Positions 13,041 to 26,590 of a stretch of 64,000 bases of DNA are shown here, one piece after another (the stretch's first letter is position 1; each line of letters begins with the position of its first letter). Position numbers and translations under genes: made by a program. The stretch spans positions 93,682,001-93,746,000 of the forward strand of contig OX597819.1 in NCBI GenBank assembly GCA_951406725.2, written 5' to 3'. This stretch comes from Octopus vulgaris (Eukaryota). Under the pieces are notes generated by a model, which ran no database searches, was not told the DNA's origin, and saw nothing but the letters and a program-made list of their open reading frames with translations.

Positions 13041-13979
13041 TTGTCATTATGTCTGCTGTAGAACAGACTATTCTTCCATTTCTTCCCTTTCACTTTCGAT
13101 GTCCAGTTTTAATTTGGAATCTGGTGCATCAATCCATTTCCAGTTGTTTTTATTTAGATTGTCTCTGTTGTCTTTGATTAGTTCACTTGACCATTATCCA
13201 ATAATATTCACTTCGTAGGTGGCAAACTGGCAGAGTGGTTATCATGCTGGGCAAAATGCTTAGTGGCATTTCATGTCTTTACATTCTGAGTTCAAATTCC
13301 ACTGAGGTTGACTTTACCTTTCATCCTTTCAAGATCAATAAAGATAAATACCAATTGAGTTGATGTGACTGACTTACCTACTTCTCTCAAATTGCTGGCC
13401 TTGTGCCAAAATTTGAAATCCATAATATTCACTTCATTTTGATATGGTTATGAATTCGATTCTTTAAAGATAGTATGCTTATTACATTATACATGTTAGC
13501 ATTCGCATCACTATTAAATATATTAATTTGGATTGACATTCCAGAGATACCTACCTGTACTTTTATTTGTAGGCAAGAAAATTGTCCAAACATTTATGGC
13601 ACAAATATGTAGCCAATATTTTTAAGATAAGGAATTTACTGAGGAAATTTGACTGTTATATTGAGCAAACTTTTTTCATATTATTGTTTCAAGTCCTTGG
13701 ATTCATAGAGCTGATTACTCAGTTTTCATGGTGTATAAATGGCCAAAATCACAACATTTCTATTTCAATAGAAGAGTACGATTTTTTGAATTTTACTTAT
13801 GGTATCAGGATATAGAAAAGCACACACGCACACACACATAGCCACACACCTACATATATCTATGTATTTTTATGTATCTTTATATATCAAATGAGAAAGA
13901 GAATGATAGGAAGTGTGAGTTATTTTGGACTTCCAAAATTTCATATTCATCTTACATTTTTACAAATGCATCACAGCTT

Positions 13980-14860
13980 CTCCTGTTTCTCTAATACAGT
14001 ATGGCATTTCTGCTTTCTTTGTCATACAGTACGATATTTCTACTCTCACATTACAGTACTTCAGTACTACTTCTACCATACAGCATGATTCTACCATGTA
14101 GTATCATATAGCACTTTCCCTGTATGTGATAGCTTTCTACTTTATTTGTCATATGACAACATTTCTGCTTTCAAAACCATAAGTAATACATCTATTTTTT
14201 TTCCCATACACTATACAATAATGTACTTCTATTACCTCAGCTACACAGCATAACTTTTATATCTACTCTGCAGTGTAACAATTCCATTTTTTTTTCTACA
14301 CAATATAACACATCTATTTTCTATGCCATAAGGTACAACACTTATTTTTTTCTGCTTTATAGTGTAAGATGTCCATTGTCTCTGCCATACAGTACAACAC
14401 ATCTTTTGTCTACTACACAGAGTAATGCTTCTCTTATCACTGCCATACTGTGTAACATTTCTACTCTCCCTGTCATACAGAATATTACTTTGATTATCTT
14501 AACCATGCAGTGTAACACTTTTATTGTCTCTGCTCCACAGAATAAAACTTTTATCATCTCTGCCACTCGTATTTCCCTTTTTTCTCTCTGCTACCAAATA
14601 TATCACTTCTGTTGTCACTGCCAAACAGTATAACACTCCTATTGTCGCTGCTGTACTCTGTAATACTTATTGTTAATGCCATACTATGTAACATATATAT
14701 ATTGTCACTGCCATACAGTGTTACACTTCTATTGTCAATACCATACACTCTATCACTTCTATTATCTCTGGCATACTGTGTAATACTTCTAATGTCACTG
14801 CTACACTATATAACACTTCTCTTGTCACTGCCATACTATGTAGCACCTTGTTCTTGCTCT
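13980..14860. repeat. Degenerate 30-bp minisatellite (consensus about ctgccatacagtataacacttctattgtca)
   Basis: 30-nt periodicity clear at 14610-14850 and progressively decayed toward 13980. Confidence 0.85.
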
Positions 14861-15309
14861 TCTGTACAAGCATTCTATTGTCTATATCATGCAATAAAGT
14901 ATCTTAGCTATTTCTGCAATATAGTTTAAGAATTTGTAATGTACACCTTTCAGAGTTATTTTATTGGTTGGGTCATAACATCTAAATACACACAGATTTG
15001 GCTTCCAATTTTGGTTGAAATAATTGAATCTATCAGCTTTGACAAATGCAAAGAAAACTGAATAGTTTAAGTCCCTCAATGGTCTTGTGCAGCACATCTA
15101 GCACAAATAATTGCATATATGATAAAAAACAAAGATAAGCAAAAGCAACCGTGATAGACATAAGCAATTAGATCAGTTCACACTCAAAGCATTTAAATTA
15201 AAGAGGTAGTAGTGTTACAATTTCTCCAAACAAGTCTTTTGTTTTTGTTTTGGTTTTGTTATCTTAGTATTAACATAATGAATCAATATATTAGAAATCA
15301 AGATAAAAG

Positions 15310-15637
15310 AGTAAAGACCCCTTCAGTCATGAATGACAATGGAATTGCACTTAGAAGTTTCCCTTCAAGACACAAGTTTGTGCAAGGTTGTTTATAAGAG
15401 ACCAACAGTTACCCATGCACACCAGTCCCCATTGTCCATGCCACCAATGTTATCCAAGAGAAAAGCAAAAGCTGATACAGCTTGGCACTAGTGACGTCAC
15501 AACTCATTTCTACAGATGAGTTAAGTTGAGCAACATGAAATAAAGTGTCTTGCTCAAGAACACAACAAACAGCCCAAACCAGGAATCGAACTCACTACTT
15601 CACGATTGTGTGCCTGACACCCTAACCACTGAGCCAT
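15310..15637 (-). mobile_element. tRNA-derived SINE family S4; related copies at about 19960-20130 (+), 25057-25320 (+), 42280-42410 (-), 61830-61960 (-)
   Basis: Minus strand tggctcagtggttagg (A box), gagttcgattcc (B box), gtgttcttgagcaagacacttt. Confidence 0.8.
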
Positions 15638-16972
15638 AATCAGACTGTTTAGGAAAATGTATTTGTTAAAGTTACAGCTTGTACATCTTCCAAATGCCTA
15701 TGAGAAAACCAAACACTGGATGATAGGTACATCATGCCACCCTCTTTTATATCTACACCTGCTCCATGGGTGCCTTTAGAAGAGTTTGCTCTATTGTAAG
15801 AATTCAGACCAGGCTCCAGGCAGGGGATTATCATGTAATTGTGGTGTATCCACACCCTTTACCCTTCTTTAGATACCAATACCTAAAACTTAGATTTCTT
15901 AGAGGACCTACAAAGGCCACTGGCATAGCTTCTTCCTTCTGAACCAAGCAAAATAAAAAGTAGAATGAACACTAATGAAGGCATGTGAATAAAATGTGAA
16001 AATGCAAAATCCTAAAATAATAAGAATAAATTTCAATGAAAGGTAGTTTATTGCAGCAAAATCTAAAACTGCTTTTATTGATTCATAGAAGTTCGTTTGG
16101 TACATCGAGTTAGTTTTGCCAAATAATATAATGAGTTAAACAGAAGATAGCATTACAGTTTCTTTTTCTACATTTAAGATTGAGCTGTTTGCAAAGCCTC
16201 TCAGAGGATCTAATTCTAATGAGATAGGAGGGAGATATAAAATTAAACCTTCAAAAGATACAGCAAAAGAGCCAGTTTCCTTTCATCCCAAATAAAATAT
16301 TACCAATATTACTTAACTTCAAACATATCTTATGCCAGATTTACATCTAATGAAGTCTTGAAACCTTTGCCTAAATTGCAGCATGTATGTTTCAATTTTA
16401 TACCATATGAAAATATTTAAAATGTTTTGGTTTGTGAGAAGACATGGCAAAATTATAAAGCTGAAAAATAAAGTTCGATTCTAGCTTACAAATTAATGTC
16501 ATTTGATTAATTATTAGAAAGGATCCAGAAAAAAATGTCTAAACAAAATAAATCAAGGTAAAATGATATTTAGAGGTCAGAATGATCGATGAGTTTGGAT
16601 CAGTGTCTTTAACATGATTATTGCAAAGTTATTTTTGGTTATTTTGAAGTAAATTTTAACATATATCATGCCAGGTACCTTAAAAAAAGCTAACTATAAA
16701 TATATATGTAGAATTAAGTAAATAAACTGAACTAAGAGAAATAATTCAAATGGACCAACAGCATGAATTTGGATAAACAAACTTAAAAAAACTATGTACT
16801 GATATGCAAAAATTCTTAATTAAACTTTCCCTCTCAGTTCAAGAAAGAAAAAACAAACCTAAAAGTAGCTGTCAGTGACTCTCAAGAAAAGGGGAGATAA
16901 TTTTTTAAAATTTAAGAATTAATCTCTGAAAGTAAAAGAAAGTCTGATCTTCATTTCAGGCAAGAGAGACAA

Positions 16973-17012
16973 CTATGGAAATGTTTCAGTCTGTTAGATC
17001 TCATCAGCATTG
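16973..17012 (-). ncRNA. Minimal type-I hammerhead ribozyme relic
   Basis: Minus strand caatg CTGATGA gatct aac agact GAAA CATT TC catag; one mismatch each in stems I and II and in the ACATGT palindrome. Confidence 0.55.
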
Positions 17013-17527
17013 AAAAGTTTACTCAATATTAAATATTAAACAAAATATGTTACTCAATGACTAATATTATTTCAGTATTGAGTGAGAAATTCCTGTAAGA
17101 TAGAGCTATAATTGGCTTTTATGTAGGGTTCCTTTGCATCAGTATACTAAAATAAAAAAGTATCAGTTACAAGTACAAATAACTTTTACTAAATACCTTC
17201 AAGTCCTTTTGATGATTCTACTTCAAAATAAAACAACATATCACTTTAAAGATATTCTCTGAATCTATTTTTATATGGTCTTGTGAAGAATATAAATTTA
17301 GACATAAATTTTGAAAAATGACTATAAACAACAAATTTCGAATTTTTATTGTTTAAACAATATTAATGACTATATTTAAAATATAAAACATATTTGTGCT
17401 ACATTTAAAAAATTTTAATATAAAATGAAATCTCCAAGTTACTAATTTATATGTGTCTGTAAGTGTGTGAATATGTGTGTGTCTGTGATATATATATATA
17501 TACATAGTTATATACATATATATATAT

Positions 17528-17578
<51 letters not shown>

Positions 17579-17671
17579 CTTATATTTATATATACAGACA
17601 TACACTCAAACATTCACCTATTGATATATTACGTAAATATACATATTTACACACAAGTATATATATATATT

Positions 17672-18360
17672 AATGTTTGCTTTTTGTTCAGTTTTATATA
17701 AAAACAAAGCAACAGTAACAAAAAGATTACTCAATACTTTTTAGTAGAGTACATATTTATAAAACATTTACAAGAAAACAGCTCATAGTAACTTCGAAGG
17801 TTTGGATTGCTTGCCTTCATCAGACTGTTTTGTACTAAAGTTCTTTTTGGCTCTATGTAGTCTTTGGCAAGTTTTCTTTCAGGGTGGAAGTGTAGGGTGG
17901 AGTAAAGTAAAATGATAATTAGGTATGATCTTCATAGTTCTGGGAAGCAGATGTTTAAAAAAGGAAATAGAGGAGGATGGAGAGGAGTATGTGTTTGCAG
18001 GGTGTGGGTTGATAGAAAGCTATTGTGGGGAGATTTTGTTTGGCATGATGTAGAAATTATATTATCATCCAGGGTTCAGTCATACATGGAAGTATCTATG
18101 TAAACAGGTATGTTTAATTCAGGCCACAAAATATTTTGTTATATGAAAATTGATTTTTGTTGCGTTTTAGGGTTCACAAAACAATGTTTATAGATGAATC
18201 TGTGGGCCACCTTGCATATATGAGACTGAGGTTCAATTGATGCTGGTGCTATTAAATTGCTCTTCAGAAGTTTCTAATGGCATTTTTTCAGGGGGTTAGT
18301 ATTGAAAGTGTTGCTGCTATAAATATCCATGAATTACTCTAGTTTATTTCTGGTATGGCT
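17672..18360 (-). mobile_element. Possible degraded Penelope-like 3' end
   Basis: Hammerhead-like aaaacagt CTGATGAagg...ccttCGAA gttac TA...gctgtttt at 17775-17831, upstream weak GIY-YIG-like remnants (KYF..PELN), ends at (TA)n. Confidence 0.35.
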
Positions 18361-18787
18361 ATTTGTATTTATATCATATTTTATAGACAAATACATACAT
18401 GTAACTACATGGTATTGCTTATACATCCAGCTGAATGTACAAGTATGATGTATTTTATTTGGTAAATTGATCTATAAGAAAATATGCATGTGTAAACAAT
18501 ATGTCATACATAAATATAGCAATATATATGCACATCAACATATAGATGTGCATATATCTCTGCCCATATGCATATGTATATATTTACACATATATTTACA
18601 CATATACCTATGTAATTGGGTTAAGCAATGCACCCATAAAGTATGAGTGTGTGTGTTTGTATATATGTTTGTGTGTGTATACATATATTTACATATATGC
18701 AAATGCACACACAGACACACACACATATTCATATGCATATATACATATATTTATATGCATACAGCCATATGCATGTAAGTATACATG

Positions 18788-19331
18788 CCTAATTTCAATC
18801 ATATACAAGTCTGTCACATCTTCATATGAAAAAAAAATGCGCCCTTTTTAAAGCCAAGCCAGGCTCAAGGGCCCGGTTTCCTGGTTTCTATGGTGTATGT
18901 GTTCCCTAGCTGGACAGGACTCCAATCCATTGCAGCGTTACTCATTTTTGCCAGCTGAATGGACTGGAGCAACATGAAATGAAGTGTTTTGCTCAAAAAC
19001 TCAACGCGTTGCTCGGTCCAGGAATCAAAACCACAATCTTACGATCATGGTGCTGACACCCTAATTTCAATTATATACAAGTCTCTCACATCTTCATATA
19101 AAAAAAAATGCACCCTTTTTAAAGCCTAGCCAGGCTCATGGGCCTGGTTTCCTGGTTTCTATGGCGTATGTGTTCCCCAGCTGGACAGGACGCCAGTCCA
19201 TTGCAGCATTACTTATTTTTGCCAGATGAGTGGACTGGAGCAACGTGAAATGAAGTGTTTTGCTCAAGAATACAACGCGTCGCCCAGTCCAGGAATCGAA
19301 ACCACAATCTTACGATCATGGTGCTGACACA
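18788..19331. repeat. 272-bp tandem duplication of SINE plus flank
   Basis: cctaatttcaa starts at 18788 and 19060; the units align throughout. Confidence 0.92.
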
Positions 19332-19358
19332 CTAACCACTAAGCCACACGCCTCCACG
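19101..19358 (-). mobile_element. Complete S4-type SINE with 12-bp TSD
   Basis: TSD catcttcatata at 19089-19100 and 19359-19370; A box tggcttagtgg, B box gtttcgattcc. Confidence 0.9.
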
Positions 19359-20256
19359 CATCTTCATATACCCATAGAAAATGCATCATATACTTGTATA
19401 TTCTGGATGTATAGGTAATGTCATGTAGTTATGCATGTGCATTTGTCTGCAAAAGTAAAATATAAATACAAAGGACCAAGGTAGAAACTGACTAAAAAAT
19501 TGTCAATGAATAATTATAGTAACATCGCCTTTCAATACTAGAAATCTGATAATACCAGTACTGACTAGTTCAGCTACAAGCATTCTTTTGTGAACCATAA
19601 AACAGAACAGAAACCAACTTTCTAGGCAAAGAATGTTTTGATCTGAAATTGACCCACCTGCTAAAACAGCTATTTCCATGTTTGTTCATTTCCAAAAAAA
19701 ACATGTCTGACCATAGGAAATATTAGCTTGCTTGGAAACAGGGGAGGGTTGGCAACAGGAAGTGAAATCCAGCTGTAGAAAATACCTGCCTTACCAAATA
19801 CTGTCTGACCCATGCAAGCATGGAAAAGTGGATGTTAAGTGTTGAGATGATGATGATGATGATAGTGATGATGCATACATATACACATGCATATACAAAC
19901 ACACACACACAGATGTAGACCACATGCCTTTACATACACACCCATGCACATACATGTAAAGGCATCTGGTATAGTGGTTAGGATGATGCACTCGTGATCA
20001 TGGGATCATGGTTTCAATTCTTGGACTGCGCCTTGCATTGCGTTCTTGAGCAAAACATTTCATTTTACATTGCTTTAGTCCACCAGTAAATGAAGTACTC
20101 TGTGATCGACTGACGTTTAATTCAGGGAGAACATTGAGGTCTCAATCCTTTAAACACTACAGGCCTGCATAGCCCGCAGGATGTGACAACAACAATATGC
20201 AAGGAAATGGAGTGTAATTACAGGTGTATAATAACATATGACTTACACACATTTAC

Positions 20257-20300
<44 letters not shown>

Positions 20301-20302
<2 letters not shown>

Positions 20303-20461
20303 AGTGGCTGTGTGGTAAGATGCTTGCTTACCAACCGCATGTTTCCAGGTTCAGTCCCACTGAGTGGCACCTTGAGCAAAGTGTCTTCTTCTATAGCTTC
20401 GGGCCAACCAAAAACCTTGTGAGTGGATTTGGTAGATGGAAACTGAAAGAAGTCCGTCGTA

Positions 20462-20505
<44 letters not shown>

Positions 20506-20730
20506 TGTGTATGTATATGTTTGTGTGTCTCTGTTGGTCCCCCCAACATCACTTGACAACCGATGCTGGTGTGTTTACATCCCCATAACTTAGCGGTTCA
20601 GCAAAAAGAGACCGATAGAATAAGTACTAGGCTTACAAAGAATAAGTCCTGGGGTCGATTTGCTCGACTAAAGGTGGTGCTCCAGCATGGCCACAGTCAG
20701 ATGACTGAAACAAGTAAAAGAATAAAAGAG
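20301..20730 (+). mobile_element. SINE family S1, near complete, with internal (TA)n; further copies at about 32768-33170, 36548-36997, 48720-49000 (+), 55150-55540 and 63622-63978 (-) plus several partial copies
   Basis: High mutual similarity of head, middle and tail among copies. Confidence 0.9.
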
Positions 20731-20782
20731 AGTGTATACATTGTTCCCTTGACACCTGATGTGTGGACACACTGTACACCTG

Positions 20783-22050
20783 TGAGGTGGTATCAAAAAG
20801 TTCCAGAACTAGTTCTGTTTAATAAAAAATAACTTATTGACCTAACTTTTAACATCAGCTCTTTCAAAATAATTACCTTGAAGAGCAATACACTGGTGCC
20901 ATCATTCCTGCTGCTTTTGGAATCTGGTCTGGAAGCTGTTTTCCATTAGAAGTTTGGGGACCTTCTGTGATTTAGTCTTGATCTTGATGATGCTATTAAA
21001 ACAGTGGTCTTTGAGCTGCATTTTTATCTTGGGGAAGAGATGGAAGTCCACACGTGCTAAATCTGGTGAATAGAGTGAGTGCAGGAGTGATATCATGTTT
21101 GAGTGAGAAGCTAACGAGTGAGGTGAGCTCAGTGGCAGGGTGCATTATTGCTGAGAAGAATCCATTTCTTCCTGCATTAGCCAAATTTCCTCCCTCAAAT
21201 GGTTTAAAATGTCACAGTAGAACTCTCAATTGATGGTCTGGCCCTGGGGGATGTAGTCTCAATGCACAATAGGCACAGGAATGGCTGTGTGGTAAGTAGC
21301 TTGCTTACCAACCACAAGGTTCCGGGTTCAGTCCCAATGCGTGGAACCTTGGGCAAGTGTCTTCTACTATAGCCTCGGGGCGACTTAAGCCTTGTGAGTG
21401 GATTTGGTAGACAGAAACTGAAAGAAGCCCATCGTATATATGTATATATATGTGTGTGTGTATGTGTTTGTGTGTGTGTTTGTCCCCCTAACATCGCTTG
21501 ACAACCGATTCTGGTGTGTTTACGTCCCCGTAACTTAGCGGTTCAGCAAAAAGAAACCAAAAGAATAAGTCCTGAGGTTGATTTGCTTGACTAAAGGCAG
21601 TGCTCCAGCATGGCCACAGTCAAATGACTGAAACAAGTAAAATGAGTAAAAAAACGAGTAATACCACAGATGTCAAAAACATGATGAGCATCCTCCTGAT
21701 TGAGCTGCAGCTCTGGCATTGGTTCCTGTTACTCAAAGCATCACAAATAACCCATTTTCTCATCACTATAAGCTTGCCAAAGCATGTTCAATGTCTCTGT
21801 AGCAGACTTCCTAAGTTTAATGTGAAACTTCACTTTGGCTCTTTGTTCTTGCCCATGACAAAATCTCAGACTACAGAATACATGTGATCACAAAAACACA
21901 AATTTCACAATTTGAGAAGTAAACCCAGTGATGTCACTCAGCACACTGCCTCATGAAGGTCACGGCTAGCTCTCTTTGAACTTGCAACCATGTGCTGCCA
22001 TCTTTTGGCATGCTACAGAACTAATTCAAGAACATTTTGATACCACCTCA
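20783..22050 (-). mobile_element. Deleted mariner element (different subfamily from 3894 and 10700) with nested S1 SINE
   Basis: TIRs tgaggtggtatcaaaaagttccagaactagttctg / cagaactaattcaagaacattttgataccacctca; TA at 22051-22052; minus strand EQRAKVKFHIKLRKSATETLNML and YSPDLARVDFHLFPKIKMQLK. Confidence 0.88.
21271..21660 (+). mobile_element. SINE family S1 inserted in the mariner element
   Basis: Homologous to 20301-20730. Confidence 0.88.
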
Positions 22051-22336
22051 TAGGTTTCAATTTCTGTATTATCTGTTGCAATGTGTATTTGAGCAAAAGA
22101 CTTCATCATACATTGCTCTCTGATCACTTTGACACCTGAAGTGTGGAACACTGAGCACCAATACAGACAATGTCAATTTGATGGAAAGAGTGGACTAATA
22201 TATAGCACAAACATTGAATTACTATAAACAAACCATGTGTGCAGGTTGTTCAGCAAGAAATTACAGAACCCTCATCTATCATCTATGACAGGAAAGTCCA
22301 AGCAATACATATGCACTATTTATCTATTTACATGTG

Positions 22337-22373
<37 letters not shown>

Positions 22374-22433
22374 CCTCAAATAATAATTATATATATATAT
22401 GTATGTATATATACATATGTATGTTAGTATGTA

Positions 22434-22464
<31 letters not shown>

Positions 22465-22540
22465 CTGTGTGTATATATGTGTGCATATATGTATATATAT
22501 TTATGTATATACTTATATATATGGATAGATAGATCGATAT

Positions 22541-22572
<32 letters not shown>

Positions 22573-25412
22573 TATATTTTCTATCACAAATTACATTTTG
22601 AGTTATTTGCCATAGCTCATTTTATCTTTCAAAATTTATGCAAATTATACTAGCCAAAATTATTTGTAATTCTTTTTCTATAACTGGAAATTTATGTCAG
22701 ATGATGCTGATGAGGTGTAATAAACCAAAATGTGTATCCAATGTTGTCCTTTGCCTGGGAAGAAGATTCAGACACTCCTTTCACTAAGCATGTGACGTTA
22801 CTTAAGAAATTAATGCCCAATTTCTTGAAATAATCTCCCGTATTCTTTGAGCATTGCTAAGAATTACTGCTAGGTTTTTGGTTTCTTTCTCCAACAACGA
22901 GGGAAATTTCAGTTAAGAATTTTTTACATACAGCATTCAGTTCATCAACTTTGGAACTTACTTATTCAAATTCATAATTCATACTATTGGCCCTGTTGAG
23001 TTATTTATCTTAGTTAATTTTATTTTTAATTATTTTCTAGATACAACCTTTAAATTAATTTGGTACAAATATTTTTATTGGATTGGCTACAATTATTGAC
23101 CATTCACCTTCATTGTTCTTTTTTTGTTCCATGTTTAAAAAATTATAATAAAAAGAGTTGCAGAGTATATTTTGACCAAGTAAGATTTTTGTTTATTTTG
23201 GATTTTTTTGTCTCTCTCCTCTCTCTCTCTCCTCTCATTCTCTCTCTCTCCGTCTCCTCTCTTTCTCTCCCTTTATCTTCTCTGTATCTCTTTTCTAAAT
23301 TTCATACTAAATCTGTTACTGCCTAACTTCTTAACTCATGCATGCAGCTTGCTTTTATAACAAACCAATATGGCAGGTGTGTACAACAGGTGTGTCAAAA
23401 TACTGGTGTCTGTTCTACACCATCTAACTTATCGTTATTAATATATTAATGTCCATCTATTCATGCTGACAGAAATTGTTTGAGTCTGTTGTACTGTATG
23501 TATGATAGCACTAATCTCAATATTTTGTCATATCCTCTGTGAAGCTCAGCATCTTGAGATCTGACTTTATTACTTCTTCCCATGTCTTTTATTTGGTTTA
23601 GTCAGAGGGTAAAGGCTGTATCCTTGTCCTTGATCTTTGCAGGCTCTTTGAAACTGGGGATACTCATCAACAACTGCACATCTATGATTGCAGAAAAGAC
23701 ATGTGTGGTGGGGAGGAAAATCCCAGAGAATGACATGACATTCTGGAGAGAAAGGGCTCAGGGACAGCTGTTAGTGCAGGACCTGGTTTGAGAGAACATG
23801 TATAAGTTACAAGAGGAGGAGATATGATTATATTGGATTGGATTGGGGGAAGCTGATAAGCAAGCAGCTTAGAAGCAATGACTACTGTAAGAGTAGTAAT
23901 AGTAGTAACAGTAGTAAAGGTGACATGAGGGGATGGCACATCAGCAGGTCAGATGTTGAAGTGTATAGTTTAGGGACTTGTACTATTTAATCAGGTAGTT
24001 TTCACTTGAACGTAGACAAGGATATTCATGTGCATAGTGGCAATGCAATCATAAGGAACAATATTCAGTTGTGGGTCGGTCTTGAACTCTCATGGCACTT
24101 TTCCACCCAGATTTCCTTTACCATTACCATAAACATTTTCATAACTTCGTTGTTGACTCACCTGTATGCATTGGCTAAAGCCTTTAATACCCAGCAGCTC
24201 TCTCAGCTCAATTTTGCTCTGTCCTTTATACATTACAAAACATGCTCACCTCATTTCTTCTCCAACCTCCACAGACCTTCTACATCCTATGCCTAATGTT
24301 TTCTTATGATGCAGCGTCACATTTCTTTTGCAAAAGCTTCCTATCACCTGCTACTGTCCTGAGAAAGAACCTCTTTATTGACAACTATGGTATTAACTTA
24401 CTAAATGTCTTCCTCTGCTTCTTCCCTTTATGCATTTCCTACAACCAGCATTAGAACTGATCGGATCATATGGGTAACATGTCCCTCATGATACCATTTG
24501 AGAAGTTCTATATTCAGGGTGCTTCTACTATTAACTACTCCATTACATCTAGCTCACTGAAAACCTGTAACCAACATCGCTATTTTAATTAATTTTGATA
24601 TAAAATATAATTCTAGTGGGAAAAAAACCCATTCATCTAAACACTTCACTCGACTATAAATCATTTAAACAGACAAGAAAGTGAAGTAGTTTATTCTTTG
24701 CTGAGCAACTATGAGTCAACAAGGAATCATCTTCATGGTTGTTCAATCTGCCAGAAATAGTGGCTAAATCTCCCTCAAATACATCTTATTAACTTAAAAA
24801 GTGAGGCATACATTTGACAATATAATTCTGAATAAAAATATGCAATACTCATTTTTAGAACGTCTTTCATCATAGCCGTTGTTCAGTCATAGTTGGCCTG
24901 GAGCCTAACAACAATCAACAACTAAGCAAATAGTAGCTACCTAGCTGAATGCATTCAAAATCTAGCAACAATCCCAGTTGGATCTGCTGTTTCTACTTTC
25001 ATTGCTTTAATATCAGTATTAAAATGTATACTGAAGTTTTTACCTCAATAGCTAACATGGCTCAGTAGATAATGGTTAGTACTGCACTCACGATCAAAAT
25101 ATTTCTGAACCAGGCAGTCTGTTGTGTTCTTGAGCAAAATACATTATTTCACAGTGCTCCAGTCCACTCAGTGGTAAATTAATCCTAGTAATAGCTAGGA
25201 AGTTGGCCCTTTGACAGACTAGCATGCCATTCAGTGGGGAGTGTTGTAATCTCAGTCATTTATATTACATGAAAACTGAGTTAAAAATCGTGCCTTATGA
25301 ATCCTAGAGCTCATGACAAACCTAAGCTAACCTTCTGTCAGCTTCACTGAAGTAGTCTTTCAATATCCCACTCATGTGGTCCATTCTATGACATTTCTGA
25401 GTTACTTCCTTT

Positions 25413-25877
25413 CAAATCAAAATCAAAATCAAAATCTAAAAGGAAATTGTAGCTGTTGTCGATACCAATGCTGTCTGACTGGCACCCATGCTGGTGGCAC
25501 GTAATAAGCACCATTCAAGTGTGAGTCAATGCCAGTGTTGCCTGACTGGCTCCCCATGCTGGTGGCATGTAAAAAAAGCACCATCCGAACATGGTTGATA
25601 CCAGTGACCCCTGACTGGCTCTTGTGCTGGTGGCACTTAAAAAGTACCATCCAAACATGGTCAGTGCCAGTGCTGCCTGACAGGACCCCATGTCAGTGGC
25701 ACGTAAAAAGCACCCACTACACTCTCGGAATAGTTGGCATTACAAAGGGCATTTAGCTGTAGAAACCTTGCCATATCAGATTGGAGCCTGGTGCAGCCTA
25801 CTGGCTTGCCAGCTCTCAGTAAAACCGTCCAACCCATGCCAGCATGGAAAACAGACGTTAAACAATGATGATGATGA
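25413..25877 (+). mobile_element. SINE-like family S3 (four internal units); other copies at about 31675-32040, 33410-33748 (+), 32321-32582 and 39407-40025 (-)
   Basis: Same units and (GAT)n tail as 11186-11670. Confidence 0.85.
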
Positions 25878-26419
25878 CTGTTATTGTTAGTAGTTACTCT
25901 TCCAAATTTTGATTACATTTAACTCCAGTAACATTTTGGATCATACAAACACACTGCTTTGCATTTCAAAGCTATCCACATAATGCCAAACATAAACAAA
26001 CATCCTACTTGCAGCTTTTTTCTTCTATCAAGCTTTTTAATATTTTAACCTGATACTTCTTCTCTTCCATATCTTCTTGGACTATAACAACTCTTATAAC
26101 TATTTCCTCCACCTTGTCACTCCCTATTTAGGTAAAGCCCCCAATCCATCCCTAGAACGAGTCCAGGCATTGCAGCAGGTTATTCCTTTGGAATGCATCA
26201 TTTTCTGCTGTTTATGAGATTTCCCCTCTATCATAATTTCACACTCTCCAATACTATACCCCCTCGCAGTTAAGGGGTCTTGCTTTGGGGTACTTGGTGA
26301 CCTCACTGGTACTGGTGTCACACAAAAAAAATGCACCCAGTACACTCTGCAAAATGGTTGGCATTAGGAAGAGCATCTAGCAGTAAAAACATGCCTGCTT
26401 GGAAAAAGAGGCATTAAAC

Positions 26420-26590
26420 AGTGGTGGTAGTGGCGGCGGCGGCAGTGATGGTGGTAGCGGTGGTGGTGGTGGTGGTGGCTGTGGTGGTGGCAGTGGTGGT
26501 GGCAGCGCTGGTGGCAGGGGCAGCAGGGACAGCAGCAGCAGCGGCGGTGGTGGTGGTGGTGGTGGTGGTGCTGGTGCTGGTGGTGATGGC
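26420..26590. repeat. (GGT/GGC/AGC)n trinucleotide tract
   Basis: Directly visible; follows the tail of a partial S3 copy. Confidence 0.9.

Noticed and set aside
13561-13610. Acceptor-like ttttatttgtag and other isolated splice-like sites (e.g. 9882-9890 on the minus strand)
   Set aside because: No matching donor or acceptor enclosing an open, protein-like frame; expected by chance in AT-rich DNA
22703-22740. CTGATGA-GGT...ACC-AAAA-TGTG-TA hammerhead-like motif
   Set aside because: Needs several CpG reversions and stem I does not pair; too weak to call
22740-22960. Protein-like minus-strand peptide (SKVDELNAVCKKFL / LLEKETKNLAVILSNAQRIREII)
   Set aside because: Frameshifted, stops nearby, no recognisable family or splice pair
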